Shown in pieces: positions 35,440 through 46,824 of a DNA stretch of 64,000 nt (position 1 is its first letter; every line of letters begins with the position of its first letter). The stretch comes from Selaginella moellendorffii. Its lineage: Eukaryota; Plantae; Lycopodiophyta. Position numbers and translations under genes: made by a program. Below the pieces are notes generated by a model. The model was not told where the DNA came from and did not search any database. It saw only the letters and a list, made by a program, of their open reading frames with translations. The DNA is taken from the NCBI RefSeq assembly GCF_000143415.4, contig NW_003314291.1:341391-405390 (forward strand), in the 5' to 3' direction.

Positions 35440-37013
35440 GCTAAGTTGTATAATGATTTACCATGGAACTTAACCAGACCTCAAGGACTTGAAGCCATGA
35501 TGCGTGTGCAATGTAGTCAGGTAGAAAAAATGAACTGGTTAGAACCTGTCTGAATCTCTCTTGTAGGGAATTAAAGTCCAGGACTACTTTGGCAGCTGTA
35601 AACGGGTTACCACTGATGTCTGATCTTCCTGCGGTAATTTATCTATATGGAACTAAGCTCCTGTAATGCAGTGCGTTTTTCTAAATTGATTGTGATAAAT
35701 CCATTCTGGTCACGTTCAAGCACGAAGACAAATTTCAAGAAGGAGCAGACTGTTGTTTTCAGGTGCGTTGCTATTACATAATGCTATTGCCTGTTCTGAC
35801 TATTGTCAAACTTGTCAATGCTTTTGTAGTCGGCGTTACTCTACACCACGGTCGATGGGCATAGACGTATCAGAGTTAGTACATTATCACTTACCTTCAC
35901 AAACGTTCTGAGCAACCTTTTCAAAGGCGCGGATCTAGGCACAGTTCACTTATCTTTTGAAAACTGGTAAGTATTATGTGTGATTTTCGTTCAAGGTTCT
36001 GAAATTGCCTTTGATACAGCTGCCCAAGGCATGCCTGTCTCCCCTCTTTCGCAAGTTAGGGAGCAAACCATTAGACAGTGCGTTCAGAGCTTGTTTTCGT
36101 ATAGAAAGTTTTGCGCAACTGCATCTTCTTCGGGCCAGCTTATCTTGCCCGAATGCCTTAAGCTGCTACCGCTATATACACTCGGTAAGTTTCGTGTCGT
36201 TTTTCTTATAAACTTTTCACTATCTCGTTTCCTTCTTTACAGCTCTTACAAAGAGCGTGGGTCTCCGGCAAGATGCTCGTGTTGATGAAAGAGCTTACTG
36301 GCTTATGCGAGCTACAAGTATCTCGGCATCCCTCGCGATACCGTTGGTGTATCCCAGACTATTTTCCGTCCACAACATACCAAAGGTACTAGTTATCTCT
36401 TTGGTACTCTGATTAAAGCGCGTTTTGCATAGCTGGACGAGTCGAGTCTACCACCGACGCTTCCTCTATCAAGCGAGAACCTGGACCCAGAAGGAATCTT
36501 TCTTTTGGAGACCGGTGAGGACGCTTTTCTATACGCAGGGAAGGCTGTCTCCTCTGAACTGCTTCATCAACTCTTTGAAGTGCGGTCTGTGAACGAAGTG
36601 ATTCCCGGACAGGTACTTAATTCCCTCGCTCGTATGACTCGTAATTTTCTTACTCTTGTTCCCTTTTGCAGTTTTTGTTGCAAGAGTACGATAACGAGCC
36701 ATCAATTTTGCTGAACAAGATGGTGAACGAGATCCGTCGCCAACGCTGCTCTTACCTGCGGTATGTTTCGATAAAAGAAAACTCGGATGCTTGCTATTCT
36801 AGGTTGCATTTGCTGAAGCAGGGAGATCCTTTAGGTGATCAAACACTCTCATTTTTTTCCTTGTCGAAGCACTCTTGCTCATTCGGTTTTGTTACAGAGA
36901 TGATGTTCCACTCCTTCATGATCGAGGACAAGAGCGGGCTGGGCTCGTCTTATGTGGAGTTCCTTGTCTACGTGCACAGGCAAATCCAGGTAAAAATGCA
37001 GTATGGGAGCTGA
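35440..37013 (+). pseudogene. SEC24: Sec24 (COPII coat, SEC24B/C / CEF-like) 3' fragment, about 10 short exons
   Basis: Spliced peptides LYNDL.WNLTRPQGLEAMMRV.CSQ, IDCDKS, ALLYTT.DG.RRIRV, SSSGQLILPECLKLLPLYTL, IPLVYPRL, NEIRRQRCSYLR and SYVEFLVYVHRQIQ. The 5' part is absent. Frameshifts near 35620 and 35940 and a mutated acceptor (CTAA at ~35684). Confidence 0.88.
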
Positions 37014-37311
37014 GGTCACTAAAAGCGGAAGAAATTCATTCAATAACATTCCTCATTAGACATGAATCTAAATGATTCTCAAGCATAGCATTTGCAAGAA
37101 TTATGTTTTGGCAAACCCATTTTACTCCAGACGTTGTAAAACATTAATGTTTTTTACTACAATGAAACCACAAATACCCAAAACGTCTGACTTCCCGCTT
37201 GACATGGTCGAAGATCTACATCCGTATCCGCATGGCTTCACATTTTACTTTTCAATGTCGAAAAAGTCAGCCGAGTTATCCGGAACTGAACTATAACACG
37301 CTCTCCTGCAC

Positions 37312-37318
37312 TATAAAT
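37312..37318 (+). promoter_or_regulatory. TATA box of Cys/Trp-rich peptide gene 2
   Basis: TATAAAT ~125 bp upstream of ATG 37442; AATAAA at 37799-37804 downstream of the stop. Confidence 0.55.
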
Positions 37319-37441
37319 CCTCCCACTCCATACTCAAGCACATCAAAGCTCATACTCAAGCTTCTCCAAGTTTCTCTAGCTTTCTCCGATCTCGTTCACA
37401 GGTCTGGGATCACATCAAAGCAAGAGGCGTTCTTAAAAAAG

Positions 37442-37711
37442 ATGGCGAGCAACAAGATGCTGCTGGCGATGCTTGTGGTGGTGCTCCTGGTGGGAGTTGA
37501 CATTGGAGGAATTGCAAGTGCGAGCGCCCAGGGGCAATGCAAGCCGGGGTGGCACTGGGATGGAAATTACTGTGTCCGTTGCCAGCCAAGCTGGTACTGG
37601 TACAACAATTCTTGCCAACGCTGCCCGATCAACTGGTACTGGTATGACAACTCTTGCCACCGCTGCCAGATGGGCTGGCGCTGGACTGGAAGTTTCTGCA
37701 ACGAGAACTGA
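37442..37711 (+). CDS. Secreted Cys/Trp-rich repeat peptide, copy 2 (intact, 89 aa, 4 repeats)
   Basis: Signal MASNKMLLAMLVVVLLVGVDIGGIASASA, then CKPGWHWDGNYCVR/CQPSWYWYNNSCQR/CPINWYWYDNSCHR/CQMGWRWTGSFCNEN*. Start chosen by homology to paralogues. Confidence 0.88.
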   Translation: MASNKMLLAMLVVVLLVGVDIGGIASASAQGQCKPGWHWDGNYCVRCQPSWYWYNNSCQRCPINWYWYDNSCHRCQMGWRWTGSFCNEN

Positions 37712-38363
37712 AGTTGCCCATCAAGATCCAAGCTCATGTACCATGTCAATGACAATAATCATTGTAGTTGTGCTGTTTCTTGTGATAACCTTTTGGTGAA
37801 TAAAATGTGTGTGCTTTTCTTTCCATGACATCCCATTCTAAGGCTCGGTTTCCTCACCCAGAATCCGCTTGACGAGAGACTTGCTGCCAGTTTCACTTTT
37901 AGTTTCTAGCAACTCGAGCAGCAAGATTATCGAAATACCGAAGTCTTGCGCTGCTGAGTTTCATACTCAAGACAAGAGATGAGAGAGAAATGTGAATCAT
38001 GCTTCTTAGTTTGGCCACAAGTATGAGTGGACTTTAAGAAATTACGGTTAGTAAATTTCTTGCAGTTTCTAGCTATTTACTTTTAAAAATATTATCATAC
38101 TTTTTAATGCATTGTCTTCTGATGATTTCACGGGACTTAAATAGAGACTTTTTCATCTGGATTGACCCCGTCAATCAAGCACAAACACGACATGTCATGC
38201 AGGAGACTCAGTAAAAACCGTGTGCATAGCTGTCTTATTCATCCTCAAATCCTCCATATAAATTGGTCCCACATTGGCAACACCATAACCCAGCAAAGCA
38301 TTTAATCAAGAGAAAGAAGAGATACAAGAAAAGCAATCAGTTTGCATTTCTATTGACGATACA

Positions 38364-38546
38364 ATGGCGAGCGAGTCCCAGCTGATGCTTCTGGCCATGT
38401 TTGTGACAATCCTCCTGGTTGGAGTGGACGTTGGTGGAATCGAAAGTGCAGCAGCCCAGCAGAAATGCAAATCTGGCTGGAACTGGGACGGCCACAAGTG
38501 CATCCAGTGCCCCAAAGGCTGGTACTGGTATAGCAACGATTGCACC
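38364..38546 (+). pseudogene. Secreted Cys/Trp-rich repeat peptide, copy 3, truncated by Copia insertion
   Basis: MASESQLMLLAMFVTILLVGVDVGGIESAAAQQKCKSGWNWDGHKCIQCPKGWYWYSNDC, followed by LTR TG at 38547. Promoter 38075-38363 is homologous to ~25-386. Confidence 0.85.
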
Positions 38547-38697
38547 TGAAAGAAAAGCGGAGCAAGAACAACAGATTTCTCTTCAACACATACATTGATT
38601 CATGTATGGCTGTATATATATACAACTTCAATCAAATCGGAAATCACTAGAGATTTGATTGCGATTCGGACTGTTTCTGTTCATCATTATTCCTACA
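38547..38697 (-). repeat. Copia 3' LTR (151 bp)
   Basis: Minus strand TGTAGG...CTTTCA directly after the polypurine tract AGGGGGAG. Confidence 0.8.
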
Positions 38698-39296
38698 CTC
38701 CCCCTTCAAGCTGAGGGCACTTGACACTCCAAGTTGATTCCTCAGCTTGATGAATGTGAGCTCCGAAAGTGGCTTGGTTAGAAGGTCTACCAACTGATAC
38801 TGTGAAGGAACGTATTCCAGGTGAAGATCTCTGGCTGCTACATGTTCACGAATGAAGTGATGCTGCACATCTATATGTTTCGTACGAGCATGAAACACAG
38901 GATTCTTTGACATGGTGATTGCACTTCTGCTGTCACAATGCAGAATGGTCGCATCTGATTGCTGTTGATTGAGTTCTCCAAGTAATCGACAAAGCCAGAT
39001 GATCTCCCTTGCTGCTGTACTGACAGCTATGTATTCTTCTTTTGCACTAGAAAGAGCAATTGTCATTTGTTTCTTGCTTCCCCATGAAACCAGAGCATCA
39101 TCAATTATGCAGCAAATTCCGGAGGTTGAATGTCGTGTATCCAAGTTGCCAGCCCAATCTACATTGCAGTAAGCTTGAAGAACAAGTTTGGACTGACCTG
39201 AGCATTTGTAAAGCAATCCATGAGCAACTATTCCTTTCAAATACCTCAAAGCTCTCTTTGCCATTTACCAATGATAACAACTTGAAGACTGCATGT
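38698..39296 (-). pseudogene. pol: Copia RT C-terminus / RNase H
   Basis: AKRALRYLKG...DWAG...CDSRSAI...NPVFHARTKHIDVQHHFIRE...DLLTKPL. Confidence 0.92.
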
Positions 39297-39301
39297 ATCG
39301 G

Positions 39302-40449
39302 TGTAATTTGCAAGTTTACTTTTCCTTTCCAATTTGCAAGCTTACTTTATTTATCTATCCAACACTGCCTTGGCTTTTGTTAAGTTCCCTCGCCAAGGTT
39401 CCCGCTTATGGTATTAGCTCCTACTTGGTCCTACTTGGTTTCAGCTACTCATTGCACGAGCAATGGAGTGTTAGCTATCCATCCACGGATTCCCAAATCC
39501 CTCCCAATCCCCCTCCCCGGGTTAGACTAGACTTAAGGTTCGGCTACACTCCCTGCAGGCACAAGCAGCCAAGCACACCAAGCCATCAAGTTCTTAACAT
39601 CCCTTAGTACCACAAGACTTGATCATGGGACCTTTAAATCCCAAATCTTGGGTGCAACACTTGCTTCAGGACGCTGGGGCGAAACACCGTGGCCTAACGG
39701 CCTGGTATGGGTACCTCTACCCCCCCACTTCCATCCCGAAGGGAAGGCCTAAGCCCCTTGGAAAGGCGAGGACCAATGAGCCACAAGGTACTCAAGTGGG
39801 GCACCACTCCACATGAGCCGGAAGCACTGCAATCGGTTTCCCTTTCGAGAGTGGGAGCTACTCTTGAGCATTTCCTGGGGTGGCCCCTCCGACACCACCC
39901 AAGTCCATGCTCACTCCCACCCAATCTCAACCTTAAGTCAGTTTGGAAGCACCATTGGAGAGTTCCTTCAAGATTGGTTTCTAAACCTCACTATCCCTAC
40001 TATACTTTTGGAACCCCTTGCAGCCCCCCCCCCCTCTGGGAGGCTCACACTTTGGGCTTTCACCCCTTGACCTGTATTAGTACTTGGACTCGGTCTCGAA
40101 CTTGATCTTGGATTTGATCTCGGACCCAACTTCGGATTCGGTCTCGGACTCGATCTCGGACTCGATCTCGGACCCGATCTCGGACTTGACTTCGGACTCG
40201 ACTTCGGACTCGATCTTGGACCCGATCTTGGATCTCGGACTCCGTCTCGAACTCGGCATCAAACTCAGTCTCGAACTCGGTCTTTGAGTCGGCCTCGGAC
40301 TCGATTCCGGACTCTATCTCGAACTCAGTATCAGATTCGGTATTGGACTCGATCTCAGACTCGGTCCCATCCGATGAACTCTTTGTCATTTCGGTCATGC
40401 TTTTGGGGATCCTTTAGCCTACGACACCTCAAGGAATTGGTTCCTTACA
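39302..40449 (-). repeat. 3' LTR of chromovirus
   Basis: 1148 bp; clearly diverged from the 5' LTR (many substitutions and indels). Confidence 0.92.
40084..40365. repeat. 12-bp tandem array (CTCGGACTCGAT-like) inside LTR; second copy 46447-46740
   Basis: More than 20 degenerate 12-mers in each LTR; the source of the low-complexity ESE/DSIS ORFs. Confidence 0.9.
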
Positions 40450-40914
40450 ACTCTACCACCCATAGAAGAAGTTCAATGCCCATATCGAACGTCTCTTTTT
40501 ATTCTACGACTTGTTGACCATGTCTCCGAGGGCATCCCCCCATATAGCGGTGTGCCTAAGTTAGCCTCCCTGGCCAAGAGCTCATAATAACGGGATATAG
40601 GTATCCCTATACCCCTCACCTCACCACACCCTAGTATGGGGTCGGGACTTGAACCCAGCCTTGCTTTACTAGGGGGTTGGGACTCGAACCCAACCTCCGT
40701 AGAATACGTCTACGGATTCGACATCCCCATAGAGAGTTGGGCGTAGTTCCCTACGCCTGGTCGACCTAGCTAACCCATGCTAATTAGCTTACCTTTAGCG
40801 CGCCTTCAGGTCCCAATATATACCATTGCTCAACTTCACAAATTGATACCTTTTAATTGAACTTTGCATAAGTATATAGAGTAATTTCTGCTAGAGAATT
40901 TCTGCTATGCAAAA

Positions 40915-43900
40915 ATTCCTCCACTAAATCTCGCGCGTTCGCTAGGTTCTCCTTTGGTTCCCATGTTGCTTCGCAGTGTGGAAATCCTTTCCACTTCACA
41001 TGGAACTCTCTCACCTCGCGTCCTTATCGTTTGCTCTTGCGCGCATTGAGGATGGCCTCGACTTCGTATTCCTCTTCCCCTTGGATAACCTTAAGTAAGG
41101 GTCTTACTTGGTCCTTGCGAAGCGGATCCTCAAAGTACGGCTTGAGTAAGTTCACGTGGAACACTGGGTGCATCTTCCCCATCTCTCGAGGAAGTTGGAG
41201 ACGGTAAGCCACTTTACCGATTCGTGCCTCAATCTTGTAAGGCCCCGCGAACCTGCTTAAGGAACTCAAGATCAATTCATTTATAGGAATACATGCATTT
41301 TACCTTTAGGTCAACTTCCGACTGATCCCACTTGGTAGCCTGAGGTTCTTGGTGTTCAGCCACACCTTCTCCCCAGCTTGGAACTTCATATCCCGGCGCT
41401 TTTGGTTTGCGTACTTGGTTTGCCTTTGTTGAGCTCGTTCTAAGGAATCCCTCACTAGATTCCAAATGTTGAGTCTTTCCGCTGTGAATGCCTCCACTAC
41501 GGGTAACTCTCCATGATACTCGGCCACGCCGAGTTCCATAGGACTTTCGATAGCTTGCCCACTGATGACTTCCCATGGACTCACCTCAATACTTGAGTGT
41601 GGTGAGTTGTTATAGCACATTTCTGCAAGCCCCAAATGACTTACCCAATCGGTCTGGTTTTCCGAGACATAGCATCGCAAATAATCCTCCAGCTGCCTAT
41701 TCACCTTTTCCGTTTGTCCATTTGTTTGTGGGTGATAGGCTGTGCTGAATTTTAACTTGGTGCAATACTGTTCTAGGAGAGTTCTCTAGAACCTACTGGT
41801 GAAGATTTTATCTCGATATGAGATAATCTCTTTTGGCTTTCCCCACACTCGAACCACTTGTTCAAAGAACAACTTCGCCACACCTTCCATATCCACTTTC
41901 GTTGTGGTGGGTATGAAATGTGCTATCTTCAAAAATCGGTCCACCACCACGAATATCGCATTGAACCCCTTGCTTGGGGGAGTCCTGTGATGAAGTCCAT
42001 CGTAAGACATTTCCACAGACAATCTGGAATTGGGATGTTTTGCAACAAGCCCCCACTAGCCTTAGTCACGGCTTTGACCTACTAACATGTTGGACATATC
42101 TTTACATAGTCTTGGATGTCCTTAGCCATATCTGGCTAATGATACTTCCTCTTGAGTAAGCCCATCGTTTTGGGCATTCCGCCGTGTCTTGCAAGAGGTC
42201 CGTCATGACACTCTTCTAAGGCTACCTTCCTTAGTTCCCCTTTTGGGACATACACCCTTGTTTGCTTGTAATAGATGAGTCCATTGCATTCTACATAGCC
42301 CATTTTCTCTTCCGTTGGCAACTCACCTCTTTAGTGAGCTTCCTGTGCCTCCAGATTCCATAGCAACACTTCTTGTGCTAGACCATCGTTCTCATATACT
42401 GTCCGCACATCATCCCAAAAGGTTGCTGTTGCACTAGATATCGCCAACTTCAAGCTCGCTTTTCAACTTAGCGCATCTGCCACGATGTTGCTCTTCCCAG
42501 ACTTGTACAGAATCTCACAATCAAACTTGGCCAAAGCATTAGCCCACCGACCTTGTTTCCCCCTTAGGTCGGGCTGTGACAAGAAGTGTTTCATTGCCAC
42601 ATTGTCCGTGTAAACCTTGAAGTGTCTCTCAAGGTAGTGTTGCCACTCTTTGAGCGCCTTGACCACCGCAAACAATTCCTTCTCGTGGGCAGGCCACTTT
42701 CGTTGAGCCTTATCCAACTTCTTCAAGAAGAACGCTACTAGATGGTTATCTTGCTTCAAAATTGTGCCCAACACAAAGTCTGAAGCATCTGTTTCTACCT
42801 CAAAGTCCTTACCAAAATCCGGTAACACCAATACGGGAGCCTTACTCAACTTCCCTTTGAGGTGGACAAATGCCGCTTTGCATTCCACTGTCCATACCAT
42901 CTTCCCTTTTCCCGTTTGGTCCGTTAAGGGCAGGGCTACTCTCGAATAGTGTCTAATAAACTTTTGGTAATAGTTGCATAGCCCCAAGAATGCCCTTAAC
43001 TCATGTACATTCGATGGTCGCTCCCAATTTTGGATCGTTTGGACCTTCTTAGGGTCCATTTTGAGCCCATCCTTGCCCACCACATGCCTGAGAAACTTTA
43101 CCTCTTGCTGAGCAAAGTCACATTTGCTCTCTTTAGCATACAGTTGGTGTTCCCTTAGTTTCTCAAACACCTTTGTCAAGTGTTCGGCATGATCCTCTAG
43201 CGTTTCGCTATAGATCAAGATGTTGTCAATATAGACGACCACAAAGTGATCTAGATAGGGTACAAAGACGTGGTTCATCAATGCTGAAAACGTTGCCGGC
43301 GCATTGCATAGCCCAAAGGGCATCACCAAAAACTCAAAGCTCCCATACCTTGTTCGACAAGTTGTCTTCTCGACATCTTCCTCTGCTACCCTGATTTGGT
43401 AGTATCCTAACCTTAGATCAATCCTCGAGAAGTATTTTTCCTTTCCCAACCTATCGAACAGGTCCTCAATCCTTAGCAAAAGGTACTTGTTCTTCTTTGT
43501 ATACTTGTTGAGCAATCAATAGTCTATACACATGCACATAGATCCATCTTTCTTTTTCACAAATAACACTGGCGCCCCATATGGCGACTTGCTCAACCTA
43601 ACATACCCTTTGTCCACCAACTCCTCTAGTTGGCACTTGAGCTCTTCGAGTTTTTTTTCGTTCAAACGATAGGGGGGACGAACCACCGTCTCAGCACCCT
43701 CAACCAGCTCAATCTTATGTTCTATCGGTCGTGCGGGGGGCAACCCTACCGGGAGCTCCTCCGGCATGGTATCCTGGAATTAGTCCAACACCCGCTAGAT
43801 CACTAAAGGTACTTCTTCCATTCCCATCTTTTTGTCACTCTTCACCGAGAGTAAGCACAAAAATGCTACCTTGGTTCCTTTAGTGAGTTGTCCTCTCGTG

Positions 43901-44330
43901 GACACCAGGTTTAGGCAGGAATCTTTGGCCTTGTATTGCCCTACCTTTAGATCCTAGGCCTCCACCTTAGATCTTCTTCCTTGGGCATTCATTAGCACCA
44001 CAAGGTTCCTACCTTGTCCATGTAGGGCTACCATGAACCGATTGAACCAATCCATCCCAAAGATTATGTCAAATCCCACTATGTCCAACACGTGAAATCC
44101 ATATCTACTTTCCATGTCCCTACTTCGACCTTCACTTGTCGAAGTACCTCATCGGTGCTTTGGCTGCCTTAAACAAATTCTATAGTCCTTGGTTCACCCA
44201 GCCGCTGCACCGTTAGTCTGGCTTGGTGGACTATGTCTGCAGCCACAAAATTATCCGAAGCACCCGTGTCAATAGAGATCTTAACAAAGCTCTTGGAGGG
44301 CTAGTAGATGTCGCGAACGACTCTCTACCA
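40915..44330 (-). pseudogene. pol: Chromovirus pol (protease, RT, RNase H, integrase, chromodomain) with stops/frameshifts
   Basis: Motifs IDTGASDNF, SKSPYGAPVLFVKKKDGS, VMPFGLCNAPATF, YIDN (catalytic DD damaged), ETDAS, MHPVFHVNLLKPY and chromodomain EEYEVEAIL...VKWKGF...TWEP. Confidence 0.93.
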
Positions 44331-44337
44331 AAGTTGC

Positions 44338-45579
44338 TCATGTAATGAGTAATTTTGAGTTAGGGACTAAATCATGTACCTCAGTTTGGATTTCACCTGA
44401 CTTAATGGCTATATTGGCTCTGGCCTTTTTCGGGTAGGGACATTCCCTTGAGAAGTGTTCCGCTTCACTACAGTTGTAGCATACGTTGTTTCCCACGTTG
44501 CTAACCGACTTACCCTTCTTATCCATGGGTTTGTCTCTTTTTACTTGATTCCCCCACGTATTCGCTCGCTGGCCACCGGATCTGCCTTTCCAGAACCCCA
44601 AGGACTCATTCTTAGAGAAACTCTTCTTGAATTTCCCTATGTTATATGTTCCCCTTGGTTTGGCCCCTTTGCTAAACGTGGACCTCGACCCTGTCATGTT
44701 CCCCTTTCGCAGGTTATCATTGAAATGCACTTTGATAGCCGCATCCAACGCTTCTTTGTAATTGGTCGGGTTCCAACGCATCACCTCGCTGTGAGCCCAG
44801 GTTTGCAAGCCTGATATGAAGGCATGGAATGCAACCATATCACCCATATCTGTGACCAGTATCCTCTTTGCCATAAATCCATTCACATACTCTTGAATGG
44901 TTCCGGTTTGTTTCAGCCTACTCAGCTTATCCCTTAGGTGCAAAGTAACATTCGGAGGAATGTATGTCGTGCGGATCCTCGCCTTCATCATTTCCCAAGT
45001 GGCCACTGGTCCTTCGTTGACCTCCGTCGTTCTCCACCAAGACTTGGCATTATCTGCCAAGTATGGTTTTGCACATGGGACCTTCTCTGAGCTTGGTAAC
45101 CGCAACGCTCGGAAGTAGTCCTTCATATCGTAAAACCAATCCTCCACCACCTTATAGTCGTTCACTCCCTTGAAGACTGGTGGGGGCTTTGGTTTGTACT
45201 TGGGAACTGCTTGAGGGACTGATTCCACTTCGGTTTGTTCAACCTTGTTTGGTTCTGCCTCAGTCCCTACCGAAGGGTCCATACCTTCTGTGCTGCCAGC
45301 ATCCGTGGTCTTTTGCTTTTTCTTTTGCTTCTCGTCACGCTTTAGCTTGCGTACGAGAGTCTCCAGCAGGGCATTGGTTTGTGCCAATTGTCCTTCTAAA
45401 ACGTCCAATTGAGCCTTGGACGACCGAACCTCACCACAGGACTCCTGTTTGGAAGTTTCTTCACTAGAGTCCTCCTCATGCAAAGATTCCTCATCCATAG
45501 CCTCTTGTTCAATCGGAGGCTCCAGCTCTGGTGGAGGTTCTATCTCCGCCTTGGTTCGTTTACACTCTGCCTTTGCCAT
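44338..45579 (-). CDS. gag: Chromovirus Gag
   Basis: PPVFKG..D...VEDW, AKSWW, LKQTGTIQEY and CYNCSEAEHFSREC knuckle. First ATG after the PBS chosen, because the ORF-track start lies in the LTR. Confidence 0.85.
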   Translation of the reverse strand: MAKAECKRTKAEIEPPPELEPPIEQEAMDEESLHEEDSSEETSKQESCGEVRSSKAQLDVLEGQLAQTNALLETLVRKLKRDEKQKKKQKTTDAGSTEGMDPSVGTEAEPNKVEQTEVESVPQAVPKYKPKPPPVFKGVNDYKVVEDWFYDMKDYFRALRLPSSEKVPCAKPYLADNAKSWWRTTEVNEGPVATWEMMKARIRTTYIPPNVTLHLRDKLSRLKQTGTIQEYVNGFMAKRILVTDMGDMVAFHAFISGLQTWAHSEVMRWNPTNYKEALDAAIKVHFNDNLRKGNMTGSRSTFSKGAKPRGTYNIGKFKKSFSKNESLGFWKGRSGGQRANTWGNQVKRDKPMDKKGKSVSNVGNNVCYNCSEAEHFSRECPYPKKARANIAIKSGEIQTEVHDLVPNSKLLIT

Positions 45580-45638
45580 CTCCCAGCAATCTGCCTCTAT
45601 CCTTCGGTAGAACTGAGGAAAAAGCTCCAATACCAAAT

Positions 45639-46824
45639 TGTAAGCTACAAATTTTTCCTTTCCAATTTGCCAGCTTACCTCATCTATCCGTCCAACACTG
45701 CCTTGGCTTTTACTAAGTTCCCTCGCCAAGGTTCCCGTCTATGGTACTAGCTCCTACTTGGTTCTACTTGGTTTCAACTACTCACTACATGAGCAACAGA
45801 GTGTTAGCTAGCCATCCATGGATTCCCAAATCCCTCCCAATCCCCCTTCCCGGGTTAGACTAGACTTAAGGTTCGGCTACACTCCCCACAAGCACAAGCA
45901 GCCAAGCACACCAAACCACCAGATTCCTAACATCCCTTGGTATCACAAGACTTTATCATGGGACCTTCTAAATCCCAAGTCTTGGGTGCAACACTTACTT
46001 CGGGATGCCAGGGCGAAACACCATGGCCTAACGGCCCGGTATGGGTACCTCTACCCCCCCACTTCCATCCCGAAGGGAAGGCCCAAGCCCTTGGAAGGGC
46101 AAGGACCAATGAGCCACAAGGTACTCAAGTGGGGCACCACTCCACATGAGCCGGGAGCACCGCAATCAGTTTCCCTTTCAGGAGTGGGAGCTGCTCTTGA
46201 GCACTTTCTGGGGTGGCCCCTCCGACACCACCCAAGTCCATGCTCACTCCCACCCAAGGCCCCTCGGCCCTCGTCTCAACCTCAAGTCAGTTGGGAACCC
46301 CCTTGGGAAAGTTTTTTAAAGGGGGGTTCGGGGCCCCCCCAATCCCTATAATATTTTTGGAACCCAAAAAACCCCCCCCCCCCCCCCCCCCCCCGGCCCT
46401 AGGAGACGCACGCTTTGGGCTTTCACCCCTTGACCTATATTAGTATTTGGACTCGGTCTCGGACTTGATTTTGGACCCGACTTGGGAGTCGGTCTCGGAC
46501 TCGATCTCGAACTCGATCTCAGACCCGATCTCAGACCCGATCTCATACTCGACTTTGGACTCGACCTCGGACTCGATCTCGGATCTCGGACTCTATCTCA
46601 AACTCTGTCTCGAACTTGGTCTCGAACTCAGTCTCGAACTTAGTCTCGAACTCAGTCTCCGAGTCGGCCTCGGACTCGATTCCGGACTCTATCTCGAACT
46701 CGGTCTTAGAGTCGGTCTTGGACTTGATCTCAGACTCGGTCCCATCCGATGAACTCTTTGTCATTTCAGTCATGCTTTCGGGGATCCTTTAGCCTACGAC
46801 ATCTTGGGGAGTTGGTTCCTTACA
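45639..46824 (-). repeat. 5' LTR of chromovirus
   Basis: 1186 bp, adjacent to the PBS, followed by the TSD. Confidence 0.92.

Larger units (their letters stand above)
39302..46824 (-). mobile_element. Chromovirus Ty3/Gypsy LTR retrotransposon, full-length but decayed, nested in Copia RT
   Basis: LTRs 39302-40449 and 45639-46824 (TGTAA..TTACA) with TSD ATCGG (39297-39301, 46825-46829). tRNA-iMet-like PBS TGGTATTGGAGC (45624-45635). Encodes gag, PR, RT, RH, INT and a chromodomain. Confidence 0.96.

Noticed and set aside
37199-37441. Upstream extension of the 170-aa ORF
   Set aside because: It spans the TATA box. Paralogues start at the signal-peptide Met equivalent to 37442.
40060-40517. Acidic/Ser-rich ORFs (also 46346-46773); possible CRISPR-like array
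   Set aside because: Products of a 12-bp LTR tandem repeat with no unique spacers, in a eukaryotic context.
45580-45729. N-terminal extension of chromovirus Gag
   Set aside because: It reads through the LTR and PBS; probably a fortuitous open frame.
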